From Octopus sinensis (lineage: Eukaryota), in assembly GCF_006345805.1 (NCBI RefSeq), contig NW_021831731.1, forward strand, positions 62,001 through 126,000: a DNA stretch of 64,000 nucleotides, written 5' to 3'. Below are positions 1 through 13,381 of this stretch, piece by piece. Position 1 is the first letter of the stretch. Each line of letters begins with the position of its first letter. A program made the translations under genes and the position numbers. The notes under the pieces are model-generated. The model was not told the origin of the DNA and made no database searches. It saw only the letters and a list, made by a program, of their open reading frames with translations.

Positions 1-146
1 CTCTGATTAATGCTTCGGACTTTACCGAAATAAGCATAGAGTTTGATGATTTTAACCCACGCTGGTGGAAAGGGGAGAACAGAGATTCTTCGCTTGCTTA
101 TTTTGAATTTGCTGGCACTGTTAGTTGGGAGCAGATCTTCGAGAGG
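1..146 (+). CDS. Possible host exon fragment (5' end outside window)
   Basis: Stop-free frame from nt 3 (LINASDFTEISIEFDDFNPRWWKGENRDSSLAYFEFAGTVSWEQIFER) in non-repetitive sequence, ending at AGG|GTATGT (donor-like, phase 0). No recognisable homology. Confidence 0.25.
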
Positions 147-529
147 GTATGTTCTTATTTTCAGTGTCTCCAAATCCAAACCAAGGAATTTCCGGAGCCG
201 ATGATAGAAATGTTGTTTTGACTAATCTTGAAACGTACGTTCTCGAATAACCTTAGCATTTGATTTTTCGATGTCATTACCCCCAAACTTTTGTGAGTTA
301 AATTATGCAAACACTATATATGAGAGAGATTTTCTTTAAGTATTAGAAATAGCCTTAAAAAAGTTTTTTAGCTGCTATTTCTAATGAGTTCAGTATGCGG
401 CAAAGTAATTTATTTTACTAAGCCCTTTTATATAATGTAATAATTTGAATTCGCCTTGAATGGTCCCTTTGCATACTGAACACTTGGTGAAATTGATTAA
501 TAATTAATTAATTTTGCCCTCAATTGTTG

Positions 530-571
<42 letters not shown>

Positions 572-597
572 CATACACATATATTCATATATACATA

Positions 598-647
598 TAT
601 AGTCAATCCAAACAAGGGTAAGAAAAAAACAACAAATGCGAGGACGC

Positions 648-715
<68 letters not shown>

Positions 716-858
716 GAGAATTTACAAAGAAAAAATAAAATAACAAAAGACGAAGTTTAACGCTCGGGAAAGGAGAAAGTCTTTTACGTTTCGAGTCTAC
801 GCTCTTCTACTGAAAGGAACACAGAAATAATCAGGGAGAGAAAATAGAAAAAGGTTTA
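598..858 (-). mobile_element. Short non-coding Penelope-pLTR-like element with hammerhead-like motif, interrupted by (CA)n
   Basis: Homologous to 17655-17856 (+) and related to 50012-50210 (-). Flanked by (TA)n. Carries GAGC-GTAG-ACTC-GAAAC-GTA on the minus strand. Confidence 0.6.
781..816 (-). ncRNA. Degenerate minimal type-I hammerhead ribozyme motif
   Basis: Minus strand: CTTT-CAGTAGA-A-GAGC-GTAG-ACTC-GAAAC-GTA-AAAG. Stem I CTTT/AAAG is intact and the core is mutated. Confidence 0.5.
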
Positions 859-895
<37 letters not shown>

Positions 896-900
896 ATATA

Positions 901-2190
901 CGAGGGACGTTCAATAAGTAATGCCTCTGACCTACATGCAGTTGTTTGATCTAGCTGAAATTTTGCATGTGCAATTATTTATATCTCTATAGATTAAATG
1001 GCAAATTACAGCTCTGAACTAATTGTGATTTCTGATTTACAGGTGTTTGAACTGAGTCAAGTGTGAAATGGAGCCTGTTGAGTGTCGAGCAGTGATCCGG
1101 TTTTTGTATTTGAAAGGACGCACACCACGGGAGACTTTTGATGAAATGAAAGTAACTTATGGTGATGATGCCCCATCATATGACCTTGTAAAACGCTGGC
1201 ATCGTGAATTCAAACATGGTCGGAACTCTGTGGAAACAGCTCCCAGATCTGTTCGCCCCACTTCTACCATTGATGAGGCATCTGTCCGTCAAGTTGAGGC
1301 TGCCATTTTGGAAGATCGGCGCATAACTATTCGCCAAATAGCCCATGAGGTCAAGATTAGTACCGGGTCTGTGGAAACTATCATTCATGACCATTTGCAT
1401 ATGCAAAAGATATATGCCAGATGGATTCCCAGGCTGCTCACACCTTTCCAGAAGCAAGAACGCGTCGAGTGCTCGAGGATGAATTTGAAGATGTGCCAAG
1501 AAGATGAGTCAAAATTTTTCAAAAGACTGATTACACGGGATGAAACCTGGGTTCATCACTATGATCCAGAGACCAAATCTCAGTCAATGCAGTGGAAGCA
1601 CCGTGACTCACCTCCTCCAAAGAAGGCAAGGGTGCGGCCCTCCGCTGGCAAGGTCATGTTCACAGTCTTCTGGGACCAGGACGGAGTAGTGATGACAGAT
1701 TTCCTGGCAAAGGGTACCACAATCACAGGAGCCTATTATGCTTCACTTCTGAGGAAATTAAGAGAAGCTATCAAAATCAAGAGGCAGGGCAAGTTCAGCA
1801 AAGACATCCTCCTCCTGCAGGACAACGCTCCGGTCCACAACTTGCGTGTCGCCAGATCAGAAGCACAGGCATGCGGCTATGAACTCCTCCCTCCTCCCCC
1901 TAGTCTCCTGACCTTGCACCCTCTGATTTTCACCTCTTCCCAACCATGAAGGTGTTTTGAAAGGAAAGCGTTTCCCAGATGATGCAGCCTTGATTTCTGA
2001 AGTCACGTCGTGGTTGGAGGACCAAGCTGGGGGTCTTCTACAAAAACGGTCTCCAGAGCTGCATCAAACGATGGGAGAAATGCGTAACTCTGGGTGGTTT
2101 CTATGTAGAAAAAGACTAATAACTGCCAAGTTTCGTTGCTCTACTGCTATGGGAAGTGGGTCAGAGGCATTACTTATTGAACGCCCCTCG
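901..2190 (+). mobile_element. Full-length mariner DNA transposon (DD34D, irritans/Hsmar2-like), 1290 bp
   Basis: 32-bp TIRs 901-932 (CGAGGGACGTTCAATAAGTAATGCCTCTGACC) and 2159-2190 with 1 mismatch, TA on both sides, inserted in (TA)n. Confidence 0.97.
1068..2119 (+). pseudogene. Mariner transposase pseudogene
   Basis: HTH N-terminus, WIPRLL, DETW, QDNAPVH, SPDLAPSDFHLF (34 residues between D2 and D3 after frame correction) and C-terminal KRWEKCVTLGGFYVEKD*. Single-base frameshifts near 1900, 1957 and 2030, and TAG at the Y of YSPDL. Confidence 0.95.
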
Positions 2191-2457
2191 TATATATATA
2201 TACTCTTTTACTTGTTTCAGTTATTCGACTGTGGCCATGCTGGAGAACCGCCTTGAAGTATATATATATATATATATATATATACTCAGTTGGGTTCAAC
2301 TAATTGTATACATAACCTGAATATCATTCTGCCTGTACTTCGGTACCAATGTTTGCATTCGTCTATAGTTGCTGTGTATGTGTATTAATTTTGATCCGAC
2401 CCGGTGTTTTACCTTTTAAGCGCCTTATTCACCTCAACTTGGATATATGATATATAT

Positions 2458-2570
2458 GATGTATGTATGTATGTATGTATGTATGTATGTATGTATGTAT
2501 GTATGTATGTATGTATGTATGTATGTATGTATGTATGTATTTATGTATGTATGTACGTATGTATGTATGC

Positions 2571-2657
<87 letters not shown>
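2458..2657. repeat. Compound (TATG)n + (TA)n microsatellite
   Basis: Directly visible. Confidence 0.95.
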
Positions 2658-2660
<3 letters not shown>

Positions 2661-2746
2661 GGTAAAAAACAACAAATGGGAATCATCAAAACATAACAAG
2701 CAGGAAAAGGACGAGAGCACAACAATGGCAAACAGGACAATATATA

Positions 2747-2855
2747 CAGAGGTGGGCACCGTTAATCGTAAAGTTAACTTCGTTAATCGTTAATCCGTTA
2801 ATTATTTGAAAATGTAACGGAAGTTAACGTTTATCCGTTAACGTTAACTTTTATT
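2747..2855 (+). mobile_element. Solo end of a hAT-like DNA transposon
   Basis: Begins CAGAGGTGGGCA (hAT-type terminus), followed by a dense cluster of CGTTAA/GTTAAC subterminal repeats. No matching right end found. Confidence 0.5.
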
Positions 2856-4057
2856 TAGAAAAGGCATAACTACAGTTTAATACCTCAAAGGCTTTGTTGC
2901 CTCATAATTTCCAGAAAAATGGATACTTTTTAACGAAACTTTCACCAAATAATCGCTTATATCCTATAGATTGGGGGTATGTAAAGATTTGCTGGAAAAA
3001 TGTTTCTGAGGGGTTAGGAAAAGGAGTTTGGGAAAATTCACAGGATCCGACATTTCCCCCGTCAACTTTCTGGATAATAGGTATTTTTTAATGAAATTTT
3101 ATACAAATACCTTTCGAACGGTGCAGATTACGATTTTAAAGAAATTTGTAGTCGAAATTTTTGGAAGGGACGGGGGGAAGGAGTTTCTGGAAAACAAAGT
3201 TTCGGATCAGACGGCCCACATAATTTGGAATTTCTCGGTTTTGACGGGGATTTTTTTCCAATTTTTTTTTTTACCAAAGTCTATAGAATTATGGGAGGCA
3301 TCTTTTCATAAAAAATAAAAAATGTTTGAAAATGTTTTTCACTCCCTCCACCCCCTCACCACACATGTCCGAAACAATTTTTTGTCCATTTGTTTTTCAC
3401 TACGCATTTAAAACCTATAAAAGAAACAATTTCGGTTAAAAAGAAAATTGTTAATAATTTCAGAGGAAAATGCATGATTTAAAGGACATCTGGCTATTGT
3501 TTCTAGCACATTCCCAAACCTTTTTCCTCGTTTCTTTCTCACTCACACATTTATTGATATTTTCCAATAATTTTTCGCCATAAACAAATTTTATGGAATG
3601 ATGATATCAAAGTAACACACGTGTAATCCCAACCGAGTGAGGCCGTTTTATGTGTGTGTGTGTAAGAAAATAAAACACCTTTAAAAACATCTTTAGTGTT
3701 CATATTAATCTGTCAAATGTAATACTTATTTGTTCACGTTATTTTGAATTATTCAGATTCAAGAGAGGTGTCCACAATATTTGCTTGTAATTTTGTAAAT
3801 TTTTTAGATACAGATTTGAAGTTTTGTTAGTGGGTGCTTTATATACCTCTGGTTTATAGTTATGTAATTTTAGCTGATCTTGTTGAGTAAATTTGACTTT
3901 TATGGGCAGGTAAATTTAATTAACAGGCGTAAAAGCAATAACATTATGGACAAACACTAAAATTGAAATTCTTTATGCATCTTACCTGTTCGACAGAAAT
4001 AAACAGAGAGAAAATAAAAAGAGGTCTAGTGGCTAGCAATGTATCATGGCGAATACG

Positions 4058-4144
<87 letters not shown>

Positions 4145-4158
4145 GTGTATATATATAT

Positions 4159-4576
4159 GTTGTTGGCATCCTTTTTGTCTCGGGAGACAATGGAGTTGCG
4201 CATAAAGTAGTCTAGTCCGGCTTTTAAATTTCATGTCCTGATACATTTCCTGCTGTGGCTGTGTAGTCCTATCTACAGTAGAGTGCTGAGTACACATGCC
4301 TGGTAGATCTTAATTTTCGTGGTCTTGGTCAGCTTATTGTTGTCCCAAGCCCGTTTGGAGAGTTGGGCCATCGCAGCAGCTGCCTTGCCAATGCGTATAT
4401 TGAGCTCAGCGTCAAGGGATAGGTTGTAGGTGACGGTAGAGCCCAGATAGGTAAACTTCTCCACCTCTTGTAATCTGTGGTCTCCAATATGTATGTTTGG
4501 GATGTCCGATGTAGCCTGACCCATGATGTTGGTCTTCTTAAGGCTGATAGCTAAGCCAAAGTCGTTACATGCTTGC
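4159..4576 (-). mobile_element. RTE (BovB-like) LINE fragment, internally deleted
   Basis: Post-YADD RT region (FGLAISLKKTNIM, EKFTYLGS, ELNIRIGKAAAAM, KIYQACVLSTLL) joined directly to the C-terminal IGLHSHSRKC and a short 3' UTR ending ATGCCAACAAC. Confidence 0.85.
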
Positions 4577-4599
4577 TCATGTAGAGGAGAGAGGAGCAC

Positions 4600-4899
4600 C
4601 CCGTCGGATACGATGACAAGGGTCCCAGCTGATACGATCAACGGACAGCTTGCTCGTAAAATTAAAGTGCAAGTGGCTGAGCACTCTACAGACACGTGCA
4701 CCCTTAATATAATTCGCAGGAAGATTCAGCGTGGCAAGCTGGCCCTTTGAAATACAGGTACTACTCATTTTTGCCAGCTGAATTGACTGGAGCAACGTGA
4801 AATAAAGTGTTTTGCTCAATGACACAACGCGTCGCCGGGAAATGAATTCACGACCTTACGATCGTGAACCGAATGGCCTAACCACTAAGCCACGCGCCT
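4600..4899 (-). mobile_element. tRNA-derived SINE (family C)
   Basis: Minus-strand head AGGCGCGTGGCTTAGTGGTTAGG (A box) and degenerate B box. Body ...CACTTTATTTCACGTTGCTCCAGTC... shared with 16625-16846. Confidence 0.8.
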
Positions 4900-4938
4900 T
4901 AACATGTTATACATGAACGTATGTATGTTATATATGAA

Positions 4939-5040
<102 letters not shown>

Positions 5041-5062
5041 CATCTATCTATCTATCTATCTA

Positions 5063-5183
5063 TTTTACGATCCCTTTTGATCGAAAACCTACCCCACTTC
5101 ATTTTCTTTTCTGCCCCAAAAGAAAAGCTCTACTCTGTAATTTGTCCCCTTTGTGTTCAGCCCTGTGTGGCTAATAAAGAAAC

Positions 5184-5185
<2 letters not shown>
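5063..5185 (+). mobile_element. Tx1-like LINE 3' end, copy A
   Basis: Matches 29177-29300 and ends CAGCCCTGTGTGGCTAATAAAGAAAC. TATC on both sides. Confidence 0.9.
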
Positions 5186-5856
<671 letters not shown>

Positions 5857-6239
5857 TATCTATCTGTATGAGAAATTATTTCTGCATTTTCACTGAAATC
5901 TTTGTAAACAATAGAGTAAATGTGCACTTACTCACCAAAGTGGGTTTGGCACAGCTTTTTTTCCAAACAGAAAGATGATTTGTACTAAGTACTCCAAGCA
6001 AGTGAAACAATCCATTGTCAATAAATTTTTAGTGTCAGGACACTCTAACAGACCGTCCATTTGGTTCAGACTTCACCGAAGTTAATGAGTTGCAACTCAG
6101 TTGAAATACCGGTGATTTTGTTGTCCAACAGGCATGTTCGTTTATGTAAACATGAAAGCAGCTTCTTTAGGGTTGCCCACTGGTACCGATAGGAATGAGA
6201 TGTTAACAAATAAGAACACGAGCGTTCGCACATGCACGA

Positions 6240-6241
<2 letters not shown>

Positions 6242-6272
<31 letters not shown>

Positions 6273-6709
6273 TGTATGTATGTATGTATGTATGTATGTA
6301 TGTATGTATGTATGTATGTATGTATGTTTATATGTATGTATGTATATATGCATGTGTGTGTGTATGTATGCATGTATATATGTATGTACGTATGTATATG
6401 TATGTGTGTATGTATGTATGTATGTATGTATGCATGTATGTATGTATGTACGTATGTATATGTATGTGTGTGTGTATGTATGTATGTATGTAGTATGTAT
6501 GTATGTATGTGTATGTTTATATGTATGTATGTATGTATATATGCATGTGTGTGTGTATGTATGCATGTATATATGTATGTACGTATGTATATGTATGTGT
6601 GTATGTATGTATGTATGTATGTATGTATGTATGTATGCATGTATGTATGTATGTACGTATGTATATGTATGTGTGTATGTATGTATGTATGTATGTATGT
6701 ATGTGTGTG

Positions 6710-6743
<34 letters not shown>

Positions 6744-6800
6744 TGTATGTATATATGTGTATATGTATGTATGTGCGTGCGTGTGCATGTATCTATGCAT
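6242..6800. repeat. Complex (TATG)n array with higher-order ~190-bp duplication
   Basis: The variant pattern TATGTTTATATG...GCATGTGTGTG...GTACGTATGTATATG is repeated at about 6322 and 6512. Confidence 0.9.
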
Positions 6801-6892
6801 GCATCTTTCTCTCTTTCCAGATTGCAACAACATACATGCATTAAGTGTATTCAATTTCAATTCAGGGCAACAATTTTTTGTTCACACATTTG

Positions 6893-6963
<71 letters not shown>

Positions 6964-6982
6964 ACACACACACACACACACA

Positions 6983-7460
6983 AGGATAAAATCTATGTAA
7001 GAATTTATCAAGTACCCAGCGTGAAAAACCAGTTCGGGAATAAATTAATTCACAATATATGATTTTCCCCTTTAAATATAAATACATTCATTATATTAAG
7101 GACTATTACTACACGTAAATGCCTCACGCTGTTATGGAACTCTGAAGTCAAACTACATTAATAAATATACATATTCCGGTTTAATTTTAAATAATATATA
7201 AGGATAAAATCTATATTAGAATTTATCAAGTAGCCAGCGTGAAAAACTAGTTCAGGAAAAAATTAATACAAAATATATAAATTTCCCCTTTAAATATAAA
7301 TACATTCATTATATTAAGGGATATTAATACAGGTAGCTTCCAAGTAGCACTCCACCGCTTTCAGTGCCGTGTATATTTATCAAAGTAGTTTGACTTCAGA
7401 GTGCCATAACAACCTGAGGCATTTACGTGTAGTAATAGCCCTTAATATAATGATTGTATA
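6983..7460. repeat. Direct + inverted repeat structure
   Basis: ~130-bp direct repeat (6983-7110 vs 7201-7330) and ~90-bp inverted repeat (7083-7170 vs 7370-7460). Confidence 0.85.
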
Positions 7461-7559
7461 TATATATAAATATATATTTGAAATTTACAGGAAATCAAAA
7501 GACTAAAACAGGTGTATGAACAACGAGCAGGTGTATTATATATATATATATGCATATAT

Positions 7560-8220
7560 GGGTACAGTACGTCACCAAAAGTAAACAACATGAAATACGA
7601 AAACAAATGAGTTCAACACGCAAACAATAAGTGAAACAAATGGAAAGGAGGACAAGTAACATAAAGAACGACCCTTCATCAGCTGTCGGCTGTCTATCTA
7701 CTTCTCACTTCGGCATTGGACGACAATATGAGTCTCCGAAGACAGTTGCTCCCATAAGTACCAAAATTAAATTTGGGATTTATGAGGGGTCAAAGTTGGG
7801 AAGAAAAACAGGACAGTGAAGACATACAAGGAAACCGAAAGAAAACAAACATGGAAGGTTGTTAGACTAGAACGAGGGTGAAATAGTAAACGCTGGAGAA
7901 ATATTTTCTTTGACAAGAGAAACGATAGAAGAGAGATATAGGATATGTCCAGTCCTTAGGACATCTCTGAAAGAAAAGAAAGTTGATGACATGACGAAAA
8001 GAAAGATGGATGATGGTCCCGCGTGAGCAACAAGAGAGAGTAAAGGAGAAAGAGGGGAGAGAGAGAGAGTGAGACATATAGAAAACGGTGAAGGGGAGGA
8101 GAAAAGGAATTAGAGAAAGGATGAGAGAGAAAACGAAGGGGGAGAAAACAGTATAGAGTAGGGTTGCATCAAAAAGGTTAAGATAAACTTACTTGGAAAT
8201 GGATGCGTGGCGTTCAATCA
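7560..8220 (-). mobile_element. Non-coding Penelope-like terminal-repeat remnant
   Basis: Terminus GGTACAG..GTCACCAA.AGTAAACAAC recurs at 8389. Contains CTGATGA on the minus strand. Layout resembles 13382-14100. Confidence 0.45.
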
Positions 8221-8268
8221 AATAATAATTTAAATAATATATAAGTATGTATAAATATATATATATAA

Positions 8269-8376
<108 letters not shown>

Positions 8377-8784
8377 TATGCATATACAGGTACAGGTTGT
8401 CACCAATAGTAAACAACATATATATACATACATATATATGCGTGTGTGTGTGTGTGTGTGTGTGTTCAATTGCTGGTGTGTTAACATTATGTCTATATCA
8501 TTGCAGTAATTCACTATAGAATTTATTTATAGTTTTTTTAACCAACACCGGGTGTTACGACGGTTGTAAACAATTTTTGGAACAGTGTCTTGTGCGGAAA
8601 GAGGGGGAAGGCGTGGGTGGCATTTTAATGCATATTTCGACTCTTTACAGAGTCTTCACCAACAACTGTGTACCAACTTTAATTATCCAAAAACACATTG
8701 CTTATATCCCACTACTATTAAATTTTAAAGCAAATTCATACGTATACACATATACATACATACATTTATATATGTATATATATG

Positions 8785-11382
8785 GTGGTTGTCTACTCCT
8801 TATCCAGAGTTTTACCACCACTTGTGCCTACATCTTAACACCATCATGGCATCTGATGTGGCTTTTAAAACCAAAGATTGTTCTGAAAAGGCACCCACAT
8901 AGATTGCACATCCAATTTGGACAACCAACAGCTGCAGATAAGTTCTGATCTTTGTGGATCTTAAAATGTCTTTTGAGGCCTCCGTTAGATTTGAAAACCT
9001 TCTGGCATATACTGCACAGACATATAGGCAGAATAGTTGGCGGACGTTTGTTTTCCATGGGTTCGCAAATGAGAACCCACAGATTTGAGCCCAGCAAAAG
9101 AAAGGCATGGTCTGTCACAAACTGTGCACATAAAGAAGGTTATTGCCATTCACCTTCTCGATCGTAACATTCTTCCTTAGATCTATTTTGAGTCTTACAT
9201 GCATTATCCTGGCCTCTTCAAATGCTTTCACTCCACTCCACACTTTTGTTCGCCATCCACCTCGATCCGAAGCAAGGGTCTCTATGTCTTCTTGACCCAT
9301 CCCAAGTGACTTCATACTAGTCCTTATGCCATCCTTAAACCTTTTTTAAGGCTTACGTCGATAGCATTTCCTCTCTGCAAGTTCACCATAAAACAGCTGT
9401 TTCGGCACGTGTTCATCCGCAGTTCGAACAATATGACCACACCATCTAATTTGGTTCCTTAAAATCATAGTTTTAATTGAGGTAATGCATGCAGATGCAA
9501 GGACATCTGTGTTTGGAGTAAAAGAACTCCATTTAATGTTTAAAATGCGATGAAGGCATTTTTGGTGGAATTGTTCTAACAATTTAAACTGCCTTTCATA
9601 ACAAGTCCCTGATTCACAAGAATACAGAAAGGATGGTAAGACAAATAATTTGTAAAGAGCCAGCTTTGTATTCTTATTTATATGTCGCTGGCACCAGACG
9701 CGTGACTCCAAATGCTTTTTCTGACCTTTGAATTCGCAGCTATATTTCTGTATCAAGATTTCCATCATTTTGTATAGAGCTTAGATGAACGAATCGAAAA
9801 CTTCTAGTAACTTACCCTGAACAAAAATTTTATGGGGGTTACAAACAGCACCATACGCAGGCTGATGCATCACAACTGTTTGTTTCAAGCTGATGGTCAA
9901 GTCAAAAATCATCACAAGCTGAGTCAAATGCAGATACAAGAGATTGTTTCAGAATGACTGACAAGATCGTAATCGTCAGCGTATAAAAGTTCCCTAATGT
10001 GTGAAGTAAAAACCTTCTGGTCAGATTAAAAACATTCCCTGTTCTTCGATATTTTATGTAAATGCCCTCCTCAGAGTTTTGAAAAGCATGTGACAACACA
10101 ACAGCAAAGTATATTGCAAAGAGGGTGGGTGCATTAAGGTATCCTTGCTTTACTCCATTTTCCACGGCAAAAGATTCAGAGAGCCTACCACCAAAGTTAA
10201 CTCTAGATTCCATATCTTGATGTAAGGCCCTGATCATGTTTACAAAATTTTCTGAATTAGCCACAGAGCATTTCAATTAACAGTATCAGATGCTTTGCTC
10301 AAATCAACAAAGCAGTGGTATAGAGCACGATTCTGTTCAATGCTCTTTTCTTGCTAACGTCTAATAGTAAATATACAATCAGCTGTGCTCCTGGAGGAGT
10401 GAAAACCACACTGAGACTCATACACCATATTTGGAACTATGGAGGTATTAAAACGTTCTAACAAAATGCGGGCATGTACCTTTCCAACCACAGACAAAAG
10501 CGAAATCCCACGAAAATTATCACACAGATCCTTTGGCCCCGATTTATACAAGCATCAATCCAGTCTTGAGGCACTTTCTCAGTTCTCCAACAGTGACAAA
10601 TTAATATATTTAAGAGTTCAAACATTTTGTCACCCCTGTATTTCAAGACTTCTGCACAGATTCCATCAGACCCTTGAGACTTATTGTTATTCAGGTTATT
10701 CACAGCTAAATAAATGTCATTTAGAGTTGGTTCAAATGTCATCTCATCTATAACTGGAAGGAGTTCCATTTTTTCTATCGTTCTCATGTCAGCGGATGAT
10801 GGTCTATTCAAAAGTGCAGAAAAATGTTCTACCCAGCTCTTGTCAATAGAAGCGGTGTCAGTCAGAAGCAAACGTCCATTTGCTGTTCTCACTGGAGCTA
10901 TCGAAAAAGATTTTGGGCCATATACCACCTTAACATAAAAGTACAAACCTTTGGCAGCATTTCTATCAGCTGCTTCTTGTGCTCCTTTTGTTGCTTTATC
11001 ATTCTACCATTCATGTTTAATTTACCCTAGCGCAGTCTGCACTTTCCCTTTCAGGATTCTGTAAGCTTCGTTTGAGTTAGAGCTCAAGGACTGAAAAAGA
11101 AGTGTATTGCTTAAGTTTTGTCTTTCTAAAAGTAGGTCATGACTTTCTGCCGATCTATCTGAGAACCAGTCACTGGATTTACGTGATTTAAATTCCACTG
11201 ACGAACTTGTAGCCTGAAATACTTTTGTTTTTAAATCTTCCCATAGATTGTTTGGATCAAGATTGATACTTTGTATAGCATCGTGGAATCTTTGCAAGTT
11301 GCTTGATAATTTAAAGTTTACAACATTTAACTTTTTGGGTACCTTGGCACCAGACTGTCGATTTTTAGGCATTATCGAAAAA

Positions 11383-11390
<8 letters not shown>
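8785..11390 (-). mobile_element. 5'-truncated, decayed RTE-clade LINE (RT + C-terminal C2H2 fingers)
   Basis: Fragmented ORFs with NNKSQGSDGI, DNFRGISLLSVVGK, ESQCGF, FVDLSKA, GVKQG, LYADD and QIRWCGH, plus two terminal CxxC..HxxxH fingers. Confidence 0.93.
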
Positions 11391-11419
<29 letters not shown>

Positions 11420-11422
<3 letters not shown>

Positions 11423-12686
11423 GGTGGGGAAGCAAAATTTACAATATTTTGAGGCAGGGATTGAAAGATATTGTATGACCAAATAGTTTTATTGAAAGTC
11501 ATGAGAATTATTTCTCAAAAGAAAATTTACATAACAGAAAATGTTTTTATTCTATGTGTCCTCATTCTTTCTCAATATCTGCCTTCACACGCTTCCTGAA
11601 ACTTGAGGTAGTCAAGTGTTCCTCAAATATTCAGGAGACAAAGTCTCCCATTCTTCTTTAATATTATCTTTAAGAGAGTCGATATTACTGTGTGATGTTC
11701 TATTGGTAGCATGTTCTAAAACGCCCCAAATAGCATAATCCAGAGGGTTTAGATCTGGGCTAGAAGGTGGCCATAAACATGATTCCAAAAAATTGCTAAA
11801 GCTGGATTTGCAGAAGTCTTGTATTTCTCTAGCTGTGTGTTCTGGAGCACCATCCTGTGTAGTTTGCTTTAAGCTATGGCAATACCTGGTATCTCAGAGT
11901 CTTGTAGTAAGTATTAACATTGATCTTTTCATCAGCTTTGTAGAATTTTATACGCACTTTCTTTCTATCGGAAGTCACAACACCAAAAGCCATAACTTGA
12001 GCAGGGTGTTTTGTTTTGAATGTCCCCTTAACCTCAGCTGTTGATTTTGCAATAAATCTGTCATTTCTACGGTTCAGACAGCATCATCAGTGAAGATCTT
12101 TTCACCTGAAAAGATCGTTACAATCGAGGACTTTTTCTTGACCCATGTAATAATTTTCTTGCACCTTTCCAATCTCTTTCCTTCATAGCTGTTGTCAACA
12201 AGTGTTTTGGTGTTCTTGTGTAAGATTTTAACCTCAAATCATATTTTACTGCATTTCTAATGGTCTTGTTGACTACCTCAAGTTCAATTGCCATTTTTCT
12301 AATGGATTGGGTTGGATCCTTTAGGATTTTGGATTTGAGAGTTTTAATAAAAGCTTTGGTACGTATTCTGTTGATTCCTCCAATTCCAGACTTCCTCGTA
12401 ATAGTTTTGCTTGTAGTCATTCTATTCTTTACATTATAAACAGTCTTTATGGACACTCCAACTATTCTTGAAATCTCCTTTGGTGTGACGACTGCATTCA
12501 GCAAATCACACATTCTTTGACATTTGCTTTCCTGGTTGCTCATATGGGCAAAAGTTTCTGAAAAGGTAAGGATAATAGTGTTAGGTATGATTACGACATC
12601 AATATATACTAAGTTTCAAAACAATTAACCTAGTGCCTACTGAGAAAAAACAACTTAACGTTCATTGTAAATTTTGTTTCTCCACC

Positions 12687-12689
<3 letters not shown>
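11420..12689 (-). mobile_element. Full-length maT (DD37D) Tc1/mariner-superfamily transposon, transposase decayed
   Basis: 26-bp TIRs CAGGGTGG(G/A)GAA(G/A)CAAAATTTACAAT at 11420-11445 and 12664-12689, TA-flanked within (TA)n. HTH ORF from 12543. QDGAPEH...WPPSSPDLNPLDY has 37 residues between D2 and D3. Confidence 0.95.
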
Positions 12690-12758
<69 letters not shown>

Positions 12759-12842
12759 TATATATGTAATATATATATACACACACACATACACATACAT
12801 ATGTATATTCACACACACATATATATAATATATATACATATA

Positions 12843-13220
12843 GGTGTAGGAGTGGCTGTGTGGTAAGTAGCTTGCTAACGAACCACATGGTTCCGGGTTC
12901 AGTCCAGTCTTGGGCCGACCAAAACCTTGTGAGTGGATTCGGTAGACGGAAACTGAAAGAAGCCCGTCGTATATATGTATATATGTATGTATTGTGTGTG
13001 TGTATATGTTTGTGTGTCTATGTCTGTCCCCCCAACATCACTTGACAACCGATGCTGGTGTGTTTACGTCCCCATAACTTAGCGGTTCGGCAAAAGAGGA
13101 CCGATAGAATAGGTACTAGGCTTACAAAGAATAAGTCCTGGGGTAGATTTGGTCGACTAAAGGCTGTGCTCCAGCATGGCCACAGTCAAATGACTGAAAC
13201 AAGTAAAAGGGTAAAAGAGT
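12843..13220 (+). mobile_element. tRNA-derived SINE (family A) with internal microsatellite
   Basis: A box TGGCTGTGTGG, B box GGGTTCAGTCC, tail GACTGAAACAAGTAAAAG. Several copies in the window. Confidence 0.88.
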
Positions 13221-13263
13221 ATATGCATATATGCATATATATACATTTACACACACACACACA

Positions 13264-13303
<40 letters not shown>

Positions 13304-13381
13304 ATAAAATAGAACATATGCATATATATAAACATATATGTACGTACCTACCTCTACATGTACATATACACGCATATATGT

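Noticed and set aside
5925-6200. Minus-strand donor-like GTGAGT with unique upstream sequence
   Set aside because: The frames I read contain stops and there is no clear acceptor.
12843-12905. tRNA-like A and B boxes (also in other SINE heads)
   Set aside because: No complete cloverleaf, and the sequence continues into a SINE body, so these are not tRNA genes.
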